From NCBI GenBank assembly GCA_002457195.1, contig NTJU01000001.1:1-52450 (forward strand): a stretch of 52,450 nt of DNA, read 5' to 3'. Under the pieces are notes generated by a model. It had not been told where the DNA came from. It saw only the letters and a list, made by a program, of their open reading frames with translations, and did no database searches. A program made the position numbers and the translations under genes. Positions 9,516 through 18,612 of this stretch are shown here, in pieces (position 1 is the first letter of the stretch; every line of letters starts with the position of its first letter). This DNA comes from Marine Group II euryarchaeote MED-G33 (GTDB lineage Archaea; Thermoplasmatota; Poseidoniia; Poseidoniales; Thalassarchaeaceae).

Positions 9516-9683
9516 TCAAATGTCCATGGATAGTGTCCAGCCCAGAAGGGACAGCATACAGGCAATACCCGTAAATGCGCAGAGTCGCATCAAATCATCG
9601 CGCTCAGAAAAATTCCTGAGATACCAAGTACTGACACCCAGAATCGAACAGGCTGACAATAGCAACCACCAACCGTCCGGCAT
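9516..9683 (-). CDS. hypothetical 55-aa protein with two hydrophobic segments
   Basis: Not in the ORF track. My hand translation is MPDGWWLLLSACSILGVSTWYLRNFSERDDLMRLCAFTGIACMLSLLGWTLSMDI. Its stop lies 9 nt upstream of the PqqD-like ATG. Confidence 0.35.
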   Translation of the reverse strand: MPDGWWLLLSACSILGVSTWYLRNFSERDDLMRLCAFTGIACMLSLLGWTLSMDI

Positions 9684-9769
9684 GTTGTGGGCTGGAGCAC
9701 CCCCCTCATTGCGATGTCGCCTAAAATCGTGATTCTGAGTTACTTTAGGCGCTGCTCTTTATTGTCGGT

Positions 9770-11098
9770 TTGACGCCCGGACGTAATGTGCTAGGCAAAG
9801 TAGACAATGTCTTGGTTCGTTTTTCTCGAATTTTTGGAACTGGAATACACGTGCCAATTTACCAGTATACGGCGTTACTGTTTTCGTTTGGAATCATTCA
9901 TTTGGCCTCATTCTATCTTACATCAGTTCTCGCATGGGTAGTGCTTTGGCTTGGTTTTTTGGGGGTCCTTGGAGTTGGGCGTGCATGGGTTGCAAATGAA
10001 AAATTGCGTACAAAAATTGCGCGTAAATTATCTGATGAAGACCCAGACGAGTTGCCAGATTTACGTGTAAGTGCTTTGCTTTCTGCACTCCAATTGTTCG
10101 TCATCATCCCATTTTTGATGAAATCGAGTCATGAGATCTTTGGGCTTTACCTCGTCCCAGAAAATGCAACATTACTGGACTGGATGTTGTTGGGGGTCGA
10201 TTTGCTGTTCAGATCGATTCTAGATTGGTCCGAAATTTATGGGGTCCAGATGAGTTCAATTGAACTCGATTCTATGGGGGGCAGGCACCTTGTCATGACT
10301 TTCTTGCTAACTATCGATTTCATTCTTATACAAGGTATTGTCCGAATTTTTGAAATCCGTAGAACCATTTCAGAAGGGGTTTCTGCTGCTGTTCGCGACC
10401 CAGAGATGGCATACAGATTGGGCAGTCGAGCAGTCCCCAGTTTGCTTGAGATGCTTGGTGACCAAAATGTGACTGGAGAAGATTGTAAACACGTCATTGA
10501 AGCACTGGCAGTCCTTCGAGAACGGAAGGCCTGTGAATCAATTGTTGAGCGATTTGAAAATGAAGATACACATACTACGGCAGTTGCTGCAATGGTCGCC
10601 ATCGGATTTTTGCCCCCACTATTGGATGCGATATCATCTACCCAAAGCAAAACTCGAATCGGTGCCCTCACTGCAATCAGGCGTTTGGGTGATGCAGAAG
10701 CAATTCCAACGTTGACTACTGCCATGAGAAATTCATCGGACGATGAGCGTGAAAAAATTGTCAGGGCATTTGCTGCGATTGGTTTAGTGGCACATCCACA
10801 CTTGATTTCGGCCCTATCAGATTCTTCCAAGAATGTACAATTAGCCGCCTTACAAGGATTGGCCCTCGATCGCAGTGAAACGTTGATGGTGAAACTGATT
10901 GCGATGGCGAAACATTCCGATCCTGATGTCAGATTGGCAGCTGTTGATGCCATGCAGCGATTTTCTGATGGACGTGTCGTCGGCCCATTGGCTGCAGCTT
11001 TAGAGGATGAAGATTCGCGTGTTTCTCGTCAGGCCAAAAGGAGCCTAGATCATCTAGAGTCGGTTGTGGCACGCAAAGGCACTTCATCAGACCAGTGA
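9770..11098 (+). CDS. membrane protein with C-terminal HEAT (PBS-lyase type) repeats
   Basis: N-terminal hydrophobic helices, then repeats such as IEALAVLRERKA, RIGALTAIRRLGDAEAIPTL, DPDVRLAAVDAMQRFSD and DSRVSRQAKRSL. Non-ATG (TTG) start. Confidence 0.7.
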   Translation: MTPGRNVLGKVDNVLVRFSRIFGTGIHVPIYQYTALLFSFGIIHLASFYLTSVLAWVVLWLGFLGVLGVGRAWVANEKLRTKIARKLSDEDPDELPDLRVSALLSALQLFVIIPFLMKSSHEIFGLYLVPENATLLDWMLLGVDLLFRSILDWSEIYGVQMSSIELDSMGGRHLVMTFLLTIDFILIQGIVRIFEIRRTISEGVSAAVRDPEMAYRLGSRAVPSLLEMLGDQNVTGEDCKHVIEALAVLRERKACESIVERFENEDTHTTAVAAMVAIGFLPPLLDAISSTQSKTRIGALTAIRRLGDAEAIPTLTTAMRNSSDDEREKIVRAFAAIGLVAHPHLISALSDSSKNVQLAALQGLALDRSETLMVKLIAMAKHSDPDVRLAAVDAMQRFSDGRVVGPLAAALEDEDSRVSRQAKRSLDHLESVVARKGTSSDQ

Positions 11099-12036
11099 TT
11101 CATTTGATTGAGTGTCATTGTCACATTCACTGCTTCTCCGTCGGTCCACCAATCGACCGCAATAAATGTCGGTCGTGAATCGTGGATTTCCCAGCATTCT
11201 ATGGAGCGATTTAGAAGGAAATCATACGCGTTTACAATGGGTGCCCGTTGATAATCTGTTAAACCAGATTCTAGGGCAAGCCAATTGTTCAAATGCCATA
11301 CAGGTTGAGTAGAATCACCTCTAAGAACATCGCAATTCATCCCCTCTGGATGTCGATCAGCGTAATTGGTCGTCCAACCATGCTCCGTGAAACTGTGGAG
11401 GAATGGGTACTCAGAATCAAAGGGGCCTTCAATGAAAACAACGAGGTTTTTGTCAGCATTGACCATTTCTCGAATTGTTGGCCATGGCTCATTCAAATTT
11501 TGCACATGTACATAATCAATCAGACCACTCATTTCGAGAATATATTCAACGTGGCCATACGGAACATAAACTTCCAGTAGCAGTGTAACAACATCATTTT
11601 CAGATTGGGACATTTTTTCATGCAATTGTGTGAGGAGTTCGACTCCATTATGGCTACCATGAACACAAGGGTGGATGCCTGTGGCGTACGAGCCGTGACA
11701 AAATGATGTGTTTACCAGATCTTGAGAATATCTTGAATGGTGAACATCCATCATGAATGCACGGAATCCTGCATCCCATTGGTGAGTGATGTTTTCTCTA
11801 TGATTCGATGCAAGAAAGTTGAATCCATCATCTAAGGTTGAGTGGGCATTGTGGGTTTCGGGATAAGAGACCTCAGTGTAAGATTTATCGCAATTTTCAA
11901 CAGATCCATTACAAGGATCCCCTGTCAGTTTATTGTTTTCAAAACCATCTAAAGATGGTAAAAACACCATCGAAAAAATTGCAAGTATTAGTGCAATGGA
12001 TTTAGGGCTCGTGTTTGAACTCAAAGGCTTCACCAT
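11050..12036 (-). CDS. secreted/anchored PLC-like phosphodiesterase (PI-PLC X-domain family)
   Basis: N-terminal anchor IALILAIFSMVFLPSL. The stretch THNAHS...NHRENITHQWDAGFRAFMMDVHH...CHG...VVTLLLEVYV resembles PLC-like phosphodiesterase TIM-barrel proteins. The 3' end overlaps the HEAT gene by 49 nt. Confidence 0.6.
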   Translation of the reverse strand: MVKPLSSNTSPKSIALILAIFSMVFLPSLDGFENNKLTGDPCNGSVENCDKSYTEVSYPETHNAHSTLDDGFNFLASNHRENITHQWDAGFRAFMMDVHHSRYSQDLVNTSFCHGSYATGIHPCVHGSHNGVELLTQLHEKMSQSENDVVTLLLEVYVPYGHVEYILEMSGLIDYVHVQNLNEPWPTIREMVNADKNLVVFIEGPFDSEYPFLHSFTEHGWTTNYADRHPEGMNCDVLRGDSTQPVWHLNNWLALESGLTDYQRAPIVNAYDFLLNRSIECWEIHDSRPTFIAVDWWTDGEAVNVTMTLNQMNHWSDEVPLRATTDSR

Positions 12037-12043
12037 TCACCAA

Positions 12044-12547
12044 TTAGCGAGCCAAATTGTCAATCATCGATTCGATGGTTTCTGGGTTTGCTTCTTTGTC
12101 ACGGCTGGTCATGCAAGTACGCCCGATGACATCTGCGCCGATAAAGGAAAATTGCTGACGCATTGCCATGATGACGTGCGCACCACCGCCACCACTATGC
12201 GTGGCCAAACCAACTGGTTTACCGGTACACAAAGTTCTGAAATCTTGCCATGCCATGGCAGTAGACATCCAGGCGACTACATTGTTTAGGGTCGGGGGCA
12301 TTGACCCATTGTATTCGGGAGCGATCACAATCCATGCATCAGCCTCGGCCATCTTGGAGAGTAAATCCGAGATATCTGGCGCACTTTGTGGATCTTTTGA
12401 CCGAGCCATCGTGAACATCGGTAGATCTATTTCGGCGAGGTCAACTACCCCGGCATCATGCCCTTTTCCTGTAGCGGTGGTTGCGAAAACATCTGCCAAA
12501 TCGCGATTGCTACCTGAGGTTGCTGTGATCATTAGAAAGCGTGCCAT
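12044..12547 (-). CDS. NAD(P)H-dependent FMN reductase (flavodoxin-like fold)
   Basis: MARFLMITATSGSNR...ADAWIVIAPEYNGSMPPTLNNVVAWMS pattern. I chose the internal ATG at 12547, because the longer ORF would overlap the divergent gene. Confidence 0.75.
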   Translation of the reverse strand: MARFLMITATSGSNRDLADVFATTATGKGHDAGVVDLAEIDLPMFTMARSKDPQSAPDISDLLSKMAEADAWIVIAPEYNGSMPPTLNNVVAWMSTAMAWQDFRTLCTGKPVGLATHSGGGGAHVIMAMRQQFSFIGADVIGRTCMTSRDKEANPETIESMIDNLAR

Positions 12548-12667
12548 ACAACTGCGAGTGGTGGTGGATTCTTGAACTTGTGCCGTTACAACCGACCCTA
12601 TGGGTCGCAACCAGAGACAGCGAATGCTTATGCGTTGAACGCGAGCGTCAGAATATAGGTCAGAGTC

Positions 12668-14977
12668 ATGCCAGAGCACGGACACGCTGTTTGCCCACAT
12701 TGTGAAGCGCAACTTCAAGGGTCAGAAGCAACATGTCCAGCATGCTCTGGTCCGCTTTTCGGAATTGCACCAATTTCACGTGAATCTGAACCTCACGTGG
12801 AAAGCAGTGTGACTACAATTGACAATGTTGCTGTCCCCACTTACACACCGCCCCCCAGTGATGAAATTGTTCGACCTACTGAACAAACAGATCAAATTAC
12901 AACCGAAACATCGCAAGATGTGACTGTGGGTGACATTGTTCAGCGAGGGGAAATGCTCGGAATCGAAGGTCGGCATGTAGAAGCCTTGACTTTGTTCAAT
13001 CAAGCCATAGCAATGGACCCGAATGACCACATGGCGTGGTTTAACCGGGGTGTGATGAGTGAAGCGACAGGCGATGTCCAAGATGCGGTCAAGGCATTTA
13101 GAATCGCTCTCGATAACAGTCCTGGCCATGGAGCCGCGAGTGCGAATTTGGCAGTATTGCTTCAGAGAATGGGGCACGTTGGTGATGCGATTCAACATGC
13201 ACAAAACGGGTTGATTGCTTTCCCTGGCCACCCTGCACTCATCGATATTGTCAATTCAGCTGGGGCGGCTGTACCTGTCACCCCCATCGAGATCGAAGAA
13301 CCAGCAGAAGAAACAAGTCCTGAAGTTCATGTCGAGGAAGAACTGGTGGAACCTGAACAAACTTGGGCCGAGCCACTTGGAACAATCAAGACGATAGAAT
13401 CGCACTCTGCCCCTATAGCCGAACCAACCCCTCAAGCCCCCGAACCGAGTTCAGGCATTGATTTAGATCAACTGGCAGAGATGGCAAAGGATATGATTCG
13501 ACAAGGTGATGCTGCTGGCGCTCTTGAATCACTCAGAGCACATCTCCCTGAGGCGGCTGCAGAGCACCCTGGATGCTGGAAGGTGGCGGCTGGAGCCATG
13601 GCGAGGCTCGAACTTACGGATGCAGCAATAAATGCCTTTGAGTATGCACTTGATCTTGATTCCAATGACGCTTCCGCGTGGTTCAATCTAGGTGCTTTGA
13701 AGCGTAGAAGTGGTGATCAATCTGCTGCCTTAACCAGTTTCCAGAATGCAACCAATTTGGATCCGAATTATGTCAAAGCAGCGAATGGTCTTGCACTCGC
13801 AGCGATTGAGCTGGGTGAAATTGAATTGGCAATGAGTGGATTTAGAACACTTCTTTCAATCGATTCCACCCATGCGAGTGGGCTAACTTTTGCAGAGTTG
13901 CTGGTCGATTTGGCTGAAGGTGAAGGTCGTATCCTTGAATTGGATGCAACTCTACCAAGAACACTACCAGCAGGTCCAGAAATGGCCAGGGAGGCATTGC
14001 AATATCTACCTGAATCCGAGGTGCGATTACGTGCCCGGGCCTACAGTATTGCAGGTGACCATGCTGAATCTGTTACACTGTGGAAAGGTTTGCTTGAATC
14101 CAATAAGAATGATGCCGAACTATGGATTGGATTGTCCAGATCACTCAGTGCTGCTGGAAGTGAAGACAAGGCCCAGGCCTGTCGAGAAAAGGCGCGAGCA
14201 TTGGGGGCGGATGTCGCAGAATCTGCACCACAGCCCATCGCTGAAGAACCACTTCAAGAACCTGAGACAGTCGAAATTCATGAACAAATTACTTCCGATC
14301 TTACAGATGAGATTGTTGTAGAAGACGATCCTTGGGCGGCATTCAGTCGAGAAGAGGAAGATGTGGCCGAGGAAACAGTCGAAATTTCGACAGACGAAAT
14401 TATCGCTCATGAGGCCGCATTGGATACTGTGCAAGAACCCGAGCCCGTAACCTATGCACCTGTCAATGAAGAAGTCGATTTGGCCGCAGCAGCACTGGAA
14501 GCGCAAGCAGGAATTATGGAAACCTATGAAGTTCAATCTGATTCCTCTAGTGTGGCAAATCAGGATATCGAGTGGTACAACAAGGGACTTGAGTTACTCA
14601 ACAAAGATCGACACCAAGAAGCGTTGTCTTGCTTTGACAGGGCTCTACCCTCATTCAAGGACGACAAAGCGATGGCGATTAAAATCCTCAATGGGCGCGG
14701 AAACTGCTTTTACTATCTCAACCAATACAAAGAGGCCATCGAGAATTACTACAAGGCATTTGGAATCGACAAGGCATTGACAACTGGAAATGCATTGTAT
14801 AACATGGGCACAGCCTACGCTGAACTTGAGTCGTATGACAATGCAATTCATTGTTTCAATCAATCTATGGGTAAGGATGTAGGAGAACCGCTGAAAGGTG
14901 AAAACAAGAAACGGGCGAAGGAACAAATCCGCCGATGTAAATTACTGATTAAGGAACAGAAAAAGCGAACTTCGTGA
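12668..14977 (+). CDS. N-terminal zinc-ribbon plus TPR-repeat protein
   Basis: CPHC-x10-CPAC at the N-terminus. Multiple TPR units, e.g. EALTLFNQAIAMDPNDHMAWFNRG, AVKAFRIALDNSPGH, ALTSFQNATNLDPNY, AIENYYKAFGID. Confidence 0.75.
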   Translation: MPEHGHAVCPHCEAQLQGSEATCPACSGPLFGIAPISRESEPHVESSVTTIDNVAVPTYTPPPSDEIVRPTEQTDQITTETSQDVTVGDIVQRGEMLGIEGRHVEALTLFNQAIAMDPNDHMAWFNRGVMSEATGDVQDAVKAFRIALDNSPGHGAASANLAVLLQRMGHVGDAIQHAQNGLIAFPGHPALIDIVNSAGAAVPVTPIEIEEPAEETSPEVHVEEELVEPEQTWAEPLGTIKTIESHSAPIAEPTPQAPEPSSGIDLDQLAEMAKDMIRQGDAAGALESLRAHLPEAAAEHPGCWKVAAGAMARLELTDAAINAFEYALDLDSNDASAWFNLGALKRRSGDQSAALTSFQNATNLDPNYVKAANGLALAAIELGEIELAMSGFRTLLSIDSTHASGLTFAELLVDLAEGEGRILELDATLPRTLPAGPEMAREALQYLPESEVRLRARAYSIAGDHAESVTLWKGLLESNKNDAELWIGLSRSLSAAGSEDKAQACREKARALGADVAESAPQPIAEEPLQEPETVEIHEQITSDLTDEIVVEDDPWAAFSREEEDVAEETVEISTDEIIAHEAALDTVQEPEPVTYAPVNEEVDLAAAALEAQAGIMETYEVQSDSSSVANQDIEWYNKGLELLNKDRHQEALSCFDRALPSFKDDKAMAIKILNGRGNCFYYLNQYKEAIENYYKAFGIDKALTTGNALYNMGTAYAELESYDNAIHCFNQSMGKDVGEPLKGENKKRAKEQIRRCKLLIKEQKKRTS

Positions 14978-14995
14978 TATTTTCCTAGAAAATCA

Positions 14996-15002
14996 TTTTT
15001 TT
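14996..15002 (+). terminator. oligo-T tract (archaeal-type terminator candidate)
   Basis: A run of seven T residues 19 nt downstream of the stop at 14977. Confidence 0.45.
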
Positions 15003-15046
15003 GACCCAATAGATGGGTTTATCCGATAACACCTCTATACAGTGTT

Positions 15047-15496
15047 ATGGCAAACGAAGCAGGTAGCGATGTCATCGGCCGTCTCGGTGGTAAAGATTTG
15101 AATCAAGATGGGCGGATCATCAATTTGGTTGTGGTCGGTTCCAGTCGATTCTATGATTACTCTATTATCGAAGATACGATGGACGAATGGGCAAGGAACG
15201 AGGCACATCCAGATCTAATTATCACCGGTGGTGCCAGTGGGGTTGATTACCTCGCAGAAAGATGGGCAGACAACAATAACATTGCATTTGCGGTGTTCAA
15301 CGAGGAATGGAATGCACCAAGAGCGGGCCTGGAAGATGGTGGGCGTGGAGAAGCACCAACATCCCTCACCAATCGGTTACTTGAAACGGCAACACACATC
15401 TTGGCATTTCCATCCCCGACCAGTAAATGGACACATGTAGTCATCTCAATGGCTGAGGAGTTGGGAATACCGGTAACAACCGTCCACGTCGACTAG
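15047..15496 (+). CDS. SLOG-superfamily protein (YspA/DUF2493-like)
   Basis: INLVVVGSSRF...DLIITGGASGVDYLAERWA...AFAVFNEEW...HILAFP...A.ELGIPV follows the DUF2493 pattern (Rossmann-like G-x-R, GGA-x-G-x-D). Confidence 0.7.
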   Translation: MANEAGSDVIGRLGGKDLNQDGRIINLVVVGSSRFYDYSIIEDTMDEWARNEAHPDLIITGGASGVDYLAERWADNNNIAFAVFNEEWNAPRAGLEDGGRGEAPTSLTNRLLETATHILAFPSPTSKWTHVVISMAEELGIPVTTVHVD

Positions 15497-15515
15497 AGAA
15501 ATTGCCGACAGGGCC

Positions 15516-16307
15516 ATGAAGCGTCACGGCGCACGAAGGTGTATGGAGGAGCGCGTTGCGGCTCAAAGAGTGACAGGTGGTCACTCACAACCCTTTGAGG
15601 AAACGGTCGCCGTAGAAGAACCTCTTGAAATTCAAATCAATGGCCAACCATGGATCACAACCATGCGTACACCTGGACAGGATCGCGATTTAGCACTCGG
15701 TTTACTTTACTCTGAAGGACTGTTGGAGAATCTACTAGATGTAGATGAAATTCAAGTTGATGACAATGTAGTTTTAATCAACGGTCAAATTTCAGTCGAT
15801 GGGCATACCCGGGGTTTTGTACGATCAAGTTCGTGTGGAGTTTGTGGTCGCGCTTCACTCGATGCGATTTTGGCACGTCAGCCACCCGTCATTTCTCCAG
15901 ATGGATTCAATATTGAATCCGATGCAATAGAGGAATTATTGAATCGTCTCCGAACCATGCAATCTGTTTTCGATACAACTGGAGGGGTTCATGCAGTCGC
16001 CCTCTTTGAACAAAATTGTGAGATCACTGATTTGTCTGAGGATGTCGGGAGACACAATGCAATGGACAAAATTATTGGGCGTTCTCTTGAAAAATTACCA
16101 CTGGCAAAAAGCGGGTTTCTATTGAGTGGTCGTGTTTCGTTTGAAATGGTGCAAAAAGCCGTGATGGCGGGGTCGCCCTGCATCGTCGCGATTGGAGCGC
16201 CAACTACACTCGCCATCGACTTGGCTCGACAACACGGCATTACACTGGTTGGTTTTGCTCGGAATTCTAGATTCAATATTTATACAGGCTCATGGAGAAT
16301 CAATTGA
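15516..16307 (+). CDS. fdhD: formate dehydrogenase accessory sulfurtransferase FdhD
   Basis: EEPLEIQINGQP...MRTPGQDRDLALGLLYSEGL, SSCGVCGRASLD, TGGVHAVALF, DVGRHNAMDKIIG, SGRVSFEMVQKA. Confidence 0.9.
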   Translation: MKRHGARRCMEERVAAQRVTGGHSQPFEETVAVEEPLEIQINGQPWITTMRTPGQDRDLALGLLYSEGLLENLLDVDEIQVDDNVVLINGQISVDGHTRGFVRSSSCGVCGRASLDAILARQPPVISPDGFNIESDAIEELLNRLRTMQSVFDTTGGVHAVALFEQNCEITDLSEDVGRHNAMDKIIGRSLEKLPLAKSGFLLSGRVSFEMVQKAVMAGSPCIVAIGAPTTLAIDLARQHGITLVGFARNSRFNIYTGSWRIN

Positions 16308-16322
16308 TAATGGAGGGATTGG

Positions 16323-18587
16323 ATGCGAGAGGACGTTGAAACAAAGCCACCGATCGTTTCTGAAAAACTCAAAATTGGCAAGCCAAAGCGTGTCGCTGCA
16401 GGCATAAAAGGCGTCACTGAATCATTCAAAATTGGAATATCTGAAGCAGGTTTTTCTCGTACAATCAAGACCATGCGTTCCGTCAATCGATTCGATGGTT
16501 ATGATTGCCCAGGCTGCGCATGGCCAGACCCCGATGGTCATCGATCAGGGTTTGAATTCTGTGAAAATGGTGCGAAAGCATTCGCTACAGAGGCAACAAA
16601 AAAGCGCCTTACCCCTGAAATTTTGTCCTCAAAAACTGTACAGGAATGGTCTCATTTTTCAGACATGGAGTTGGACAAATTAGGTCGTATAACGCATCCC
16701 ATGGTGTTAGAATCTGAATCGAATAATTATGAGCAAATCAGTTGGGAAAATGCCTTTGAAATGATTGGAAATGCAGTTTCCAGTAATGCAGACCCCAATG
16801 AAAATGTCCTATACACATCTGGTAGAGCATCGAATGAAGCTGCATTTCTATGGGGTACATTGGCAAGACAAATCGGGACCAATAACCTCCCAGATTGTAG
16901 TAATATGTGCCACGAATCAAGTGGAGTCGGGCTTTCATCTTCAATTGGAATTGGAAAAGGCACGGTACGGCTCGAATGCTTTGATTCCGCTGATTTGGTG
17001 CTTGTGATCGGACAAAACCCGGGCACGAATCATCCTCGAATGTTGTCAGCATTGGCGAACACTAAGCGCAATGGTGGGTCTGTAATCAGCATCAATCCAT
17101 TGATGGAAACCGGATTGAACAGATTCAAACACCCACAAGAAGTCATTCGATTGTTAGGAAAAGGAACTCCAATTGCGGATGATCACTTTCCTGTGCGAAT
17201 CGGCGGCGACCAAGCTTTACTCCAGGGCATCGCAAAAGTGATGCTTGAAGATGGTAATTTAGATTGGAAATTTATTGATGAACACACGGAAGGATTCGAA
17301 GATTGGAAGGCAAATATTTCAGCGGCAGTGTGGGATGATATCGTCACCCAAAGTGGCATTGAACGCAGCAGAATCGAGGCACTTGGAAAGGCCGTATCAA
17401 AGTCTGAGAGATTGATCATTTGTTGGGCCATGGGGTTGACTCAGCATCAGAATGCCGTCGCAACGATACAAGAGGCGTGCAACATTTTACTCGCGGGTGG
17501 CCATTTTGGTAAACCGGGTGCTGGAGCATGTCCAGTCAGAGGTCACTCAAACGTCCAAGGTGACCGGACAGTTGGTATCAACCACCACCCCAAAGCGTCT
17601 TTCTTAGATGCGTGTGAACGAGAAACTGGGATTCATATGCCCCATGAACCCGGCTATGACACTGTGGAATTCGTGCGTGCAGCAAGGGATGGTCGCGTCC
17701 GACTTTTCATGGCCCTAGGGGGTAACATACTTTCTGCAATGTCAGATACTGAAGAAGTTGCAAAGGGCCTTAGAGAGATTGATTTGACGGTCCAGATTTC
17801 TACCAAACTAAATCGAAGCCACCTCGTGACTGGCAAACGTGCTCTAATTCTTCCGTGTCTAGGTCGGACTGAAATTGACCCCGCAGGATTTGTTACGGTT
17901 GAAAATTCGATGGGGGTTGTTCATTCTTCTACGGGTCGATTAGATCCGGCATCGCCTGAGTTGCTGAGTGAACCAGAAATCATCTGCAACATTGGTGCCA
18001 AATGCTTTCCTGAAGGTCCGTTTGACTGGTTATCGTTTTCCAAAAACCACGATGTGATTCGCAATCTGATTCAATCTGTCATTCCAGGTTTTAGCGACTA
18101 CAATACAAGAGTTCGTCAAAAGGGCGGGTTCTATCTGCCAAATGGACCGCGTGATGGGCCTACATGGAATACACCTTCTGGAAAAGCAGTCATACATTCC
18201 CATTCATTGCTCGAAAGACAGATTCCAGATGACAGATTCATCTTGATGACAATCCGAAGTCACGATCAGTATAACACGACCATTTACGGCATGAATGATC
18301 GATATCGCGGAATTTACAACTCACGTCGTATTGTGATGATGAATCAAGGGGATATGGATGAACTAGGTTTACAACCCAGAGATTTGATCGATTTGACAAG
18401 CCATTATGCTGGAAAAGAAATGCATTCTGAAAAATGGAAAGTCATTCCGTATGACATCCCTAGAAGGAATCTTGCTGCATACTTTCCCGAAGCAAATGTA
18501 CTCGTCCCACTTGACTCAGTTGCAAAGGGCAGCAATACTCCAACATCAAAGTGGGTTGAAGTGAGCATCAAACCTCACAAGGATTGA
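16323..18587 (+). CDS. FdhF/YdeP-family molybdopterin oxidoreductase
   Basis: DCPGCAWPDPDGHRSGFEFCENGAKA (the YdeP-type N-terminal motif), NMCHESSG, QNPGTNHPRM, CPVRGHSNVQGDRT. Uninterrupted ORF with no in-frame TGA. Confidence 0.85.
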   Translation: MREDVETKPPIVSEKLKIGKPKRVAAGIKGVTESFKIGISEAGFSRTIKTMRSVNRFDGYDCPGCAWPDPDGHRSGFEFCENGAKAFATEATKKRLTPEILSSKTVQEWSHFSDMELDKLGRITHPMVLESESNNYEQISWENAFEMIGNAVSSNADPNENVLYTSGRASNEAAFLWGTLARQIGTNNLPDCSNMCHESSGVGLSSSIGIGKGTVRLECFDSADLVLVIGQNPGTNHPRMLSALANTKRNGGSVISINPLMETGLNRFKHPQEVIRLLGKGTPIADDHFPVRIGGDQALLQGIAKVMLEDGNLDWKFIDEHTEGFEDWKANISAAVWDDIVTQSGIERSRIEALGKAVSKSERLIICWAMGLTQHQNAVATIQEACNILLAGGHFGKPGAGACPVRGHSNVQGDRTVGINHHPKASFLDACERETGIHMPHEPGYDTVEFVRAARDGRVRLFMALGGNILSAMSDTEEVAKGLREIDLTVQISTKLNRSHLVTGKRALILPCLGRTEIDPAGFVTVENSMGVVHSSTGRLDPASPELLSEPEIICNIGAKCFPEGPFDWLSFSKNHDVIRNLIQSVIPGFSDYNTRVRQKGGFYLPNGPRDGPTWNTPSGKAVIHSHSLLERQIPDDRFILMTIRSHDQYNTTIYGMNDRYRGIYNSRRIVMMNQGDMDELGLQPRDLIDLTSHYAGKEMHSEKWKVIPYDIPRRNLAAYFPEANVLVPLDSVAKGSNTPTSKWVEVSIKPHKD

Positions 18588-18612
18588 AATTGGTTGGCAT
18601 TGAGGCATTGTC

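Noticed and set aside
9520-9732. 70-aa plus-strand ORF in the PqqD/HEAT intergenic region
   Set aside because: Its sequence is polar and low in information. It would run against the operon logic and it covers the inverted repeat/promoter region. The minus-strand 55-aa ORF with two hydrophobic helices and tight coupling to the PqqD-like gene is the more plausible reading, although neither is proven.
10237-10953. 238-aa minus-strand ORF
   Set aside because: It is antisense to the HEAT-repeat gene and has a Ser/Ala/Arg-rich composition typical of a shadow frame.
16323-18587. Possible selenocysteine (in-frame TGA) in the molybdoenzyme
   Set aside because: The ORF is continuous with no internal stop. 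The position expected for the Mo ligand reads Cys (NMCHESSG).
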